Of a stretch of DNA of 64,000 nt, positions 63,988 to 64,000 are shown piece by piece. The notes under the pieces were generated by a model. That model saw only the letters and a list, made by a program, of their open reading frames with translations, was not told the origin of the DNA and did no database searches. A program made the position numbers and the translations under genes. Source of the stretch: Nanobdellati archaeon (GTDB taxonomy: Archaea; Nanobdellota; Nanobdellia; CSSed11-243R1); assembly GCA_027007025.1 (NCBI GenBank), contig JALTFL010000005.1, positions 44,911 through 108,910 on the forward strand. The letters are read 5' to 3'. Every line of letters begins with the position of its first letter. Within the stretch, counting starts at the first letter, position 1.

Positions 63988-64000
63988 TATTCTACTTTGA

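Noticed and set aside
1-64000. Scanned for CRISPR arrays, cas genes, transposases, integrases, tRNA genes, reverse transcriptase/DGR elements and classical defence genes.
   Set aside because: None was recognised by eye. Apart from the items reported, the repeats seen are codon-level low complexity or short AT-rich palindromes.

Overview
AT-rich (by eye about one-third G+C), very gene-dense archaeal window. Many genes have strong GGAGGTGA-type Shine-Dalgarno sites. The gene content and the many orphan proteins suggest a small-genome, DPANN-like archaeon; that assignment is inference. Most of the window is information-processing core. It holds the 3' end of thrS plus a free-standing ThrRS editing domain, ABCE1, a YchF-like GTPase, KsgA, TrmI, Trm1, Dph2 and deoxyhypusine synthase. 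It also holds Orc1/Cdc6, TFB, RpoF, SRP54, FtsY, prefoldin alpha and RNase P protein Rpp21. Ribosomal protein genes are L21e, LX, L31e, L39e, S19e, L35Ae, L37e and S8e, plus an Sm-like protein. There is an orphan 5S rRNA. Several of these genes (L39e, L37e and two histone-fold-like genes) are below the 60-aa cutoff of the ORF track and were read by hand. Metabolism and repair genes are pyrBI, MPG, Ogg and EndoIV-like DNA repair enzymes, CorA, a CPA2 antiporter, two amino-acid transporters, and an oxidative-stress cluster (ferritin-like protein, desulfoferrodoxin, Lrp, peroxiredoxin). No CRISPR array, transposase, integrase or tRNA gene was seen. The best candidates for new biology are listed here. 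(1) A 203-nt GC-rich structured RNA (1830-2032) whose helix order on the minus strand matches a miniaturised RNase P RNA. (2) An uncharacterised divergent module (40291-44652) combining a Q/P/M-rich FG-containing coiled-coil protein, a 499-aa orphan, an acidic protein and an endonuclease-IV-like TIM barrel with a ~200-aa insertion; two paralogous KNTase-like nucleotidyltransferases follow it. (3) A tightly packed five-gene operon (54211-59559) built around a CofD/YvcK-HAD fusion. (4) Unusual gene architectures: an APC transporter fused to a SAM methyltransferase, a Dph2 lacking domain 1, and a stand-alone ThrRS editing domain with a duplicated start. All functional calls rest on motif recognition by eye; no database search was run.
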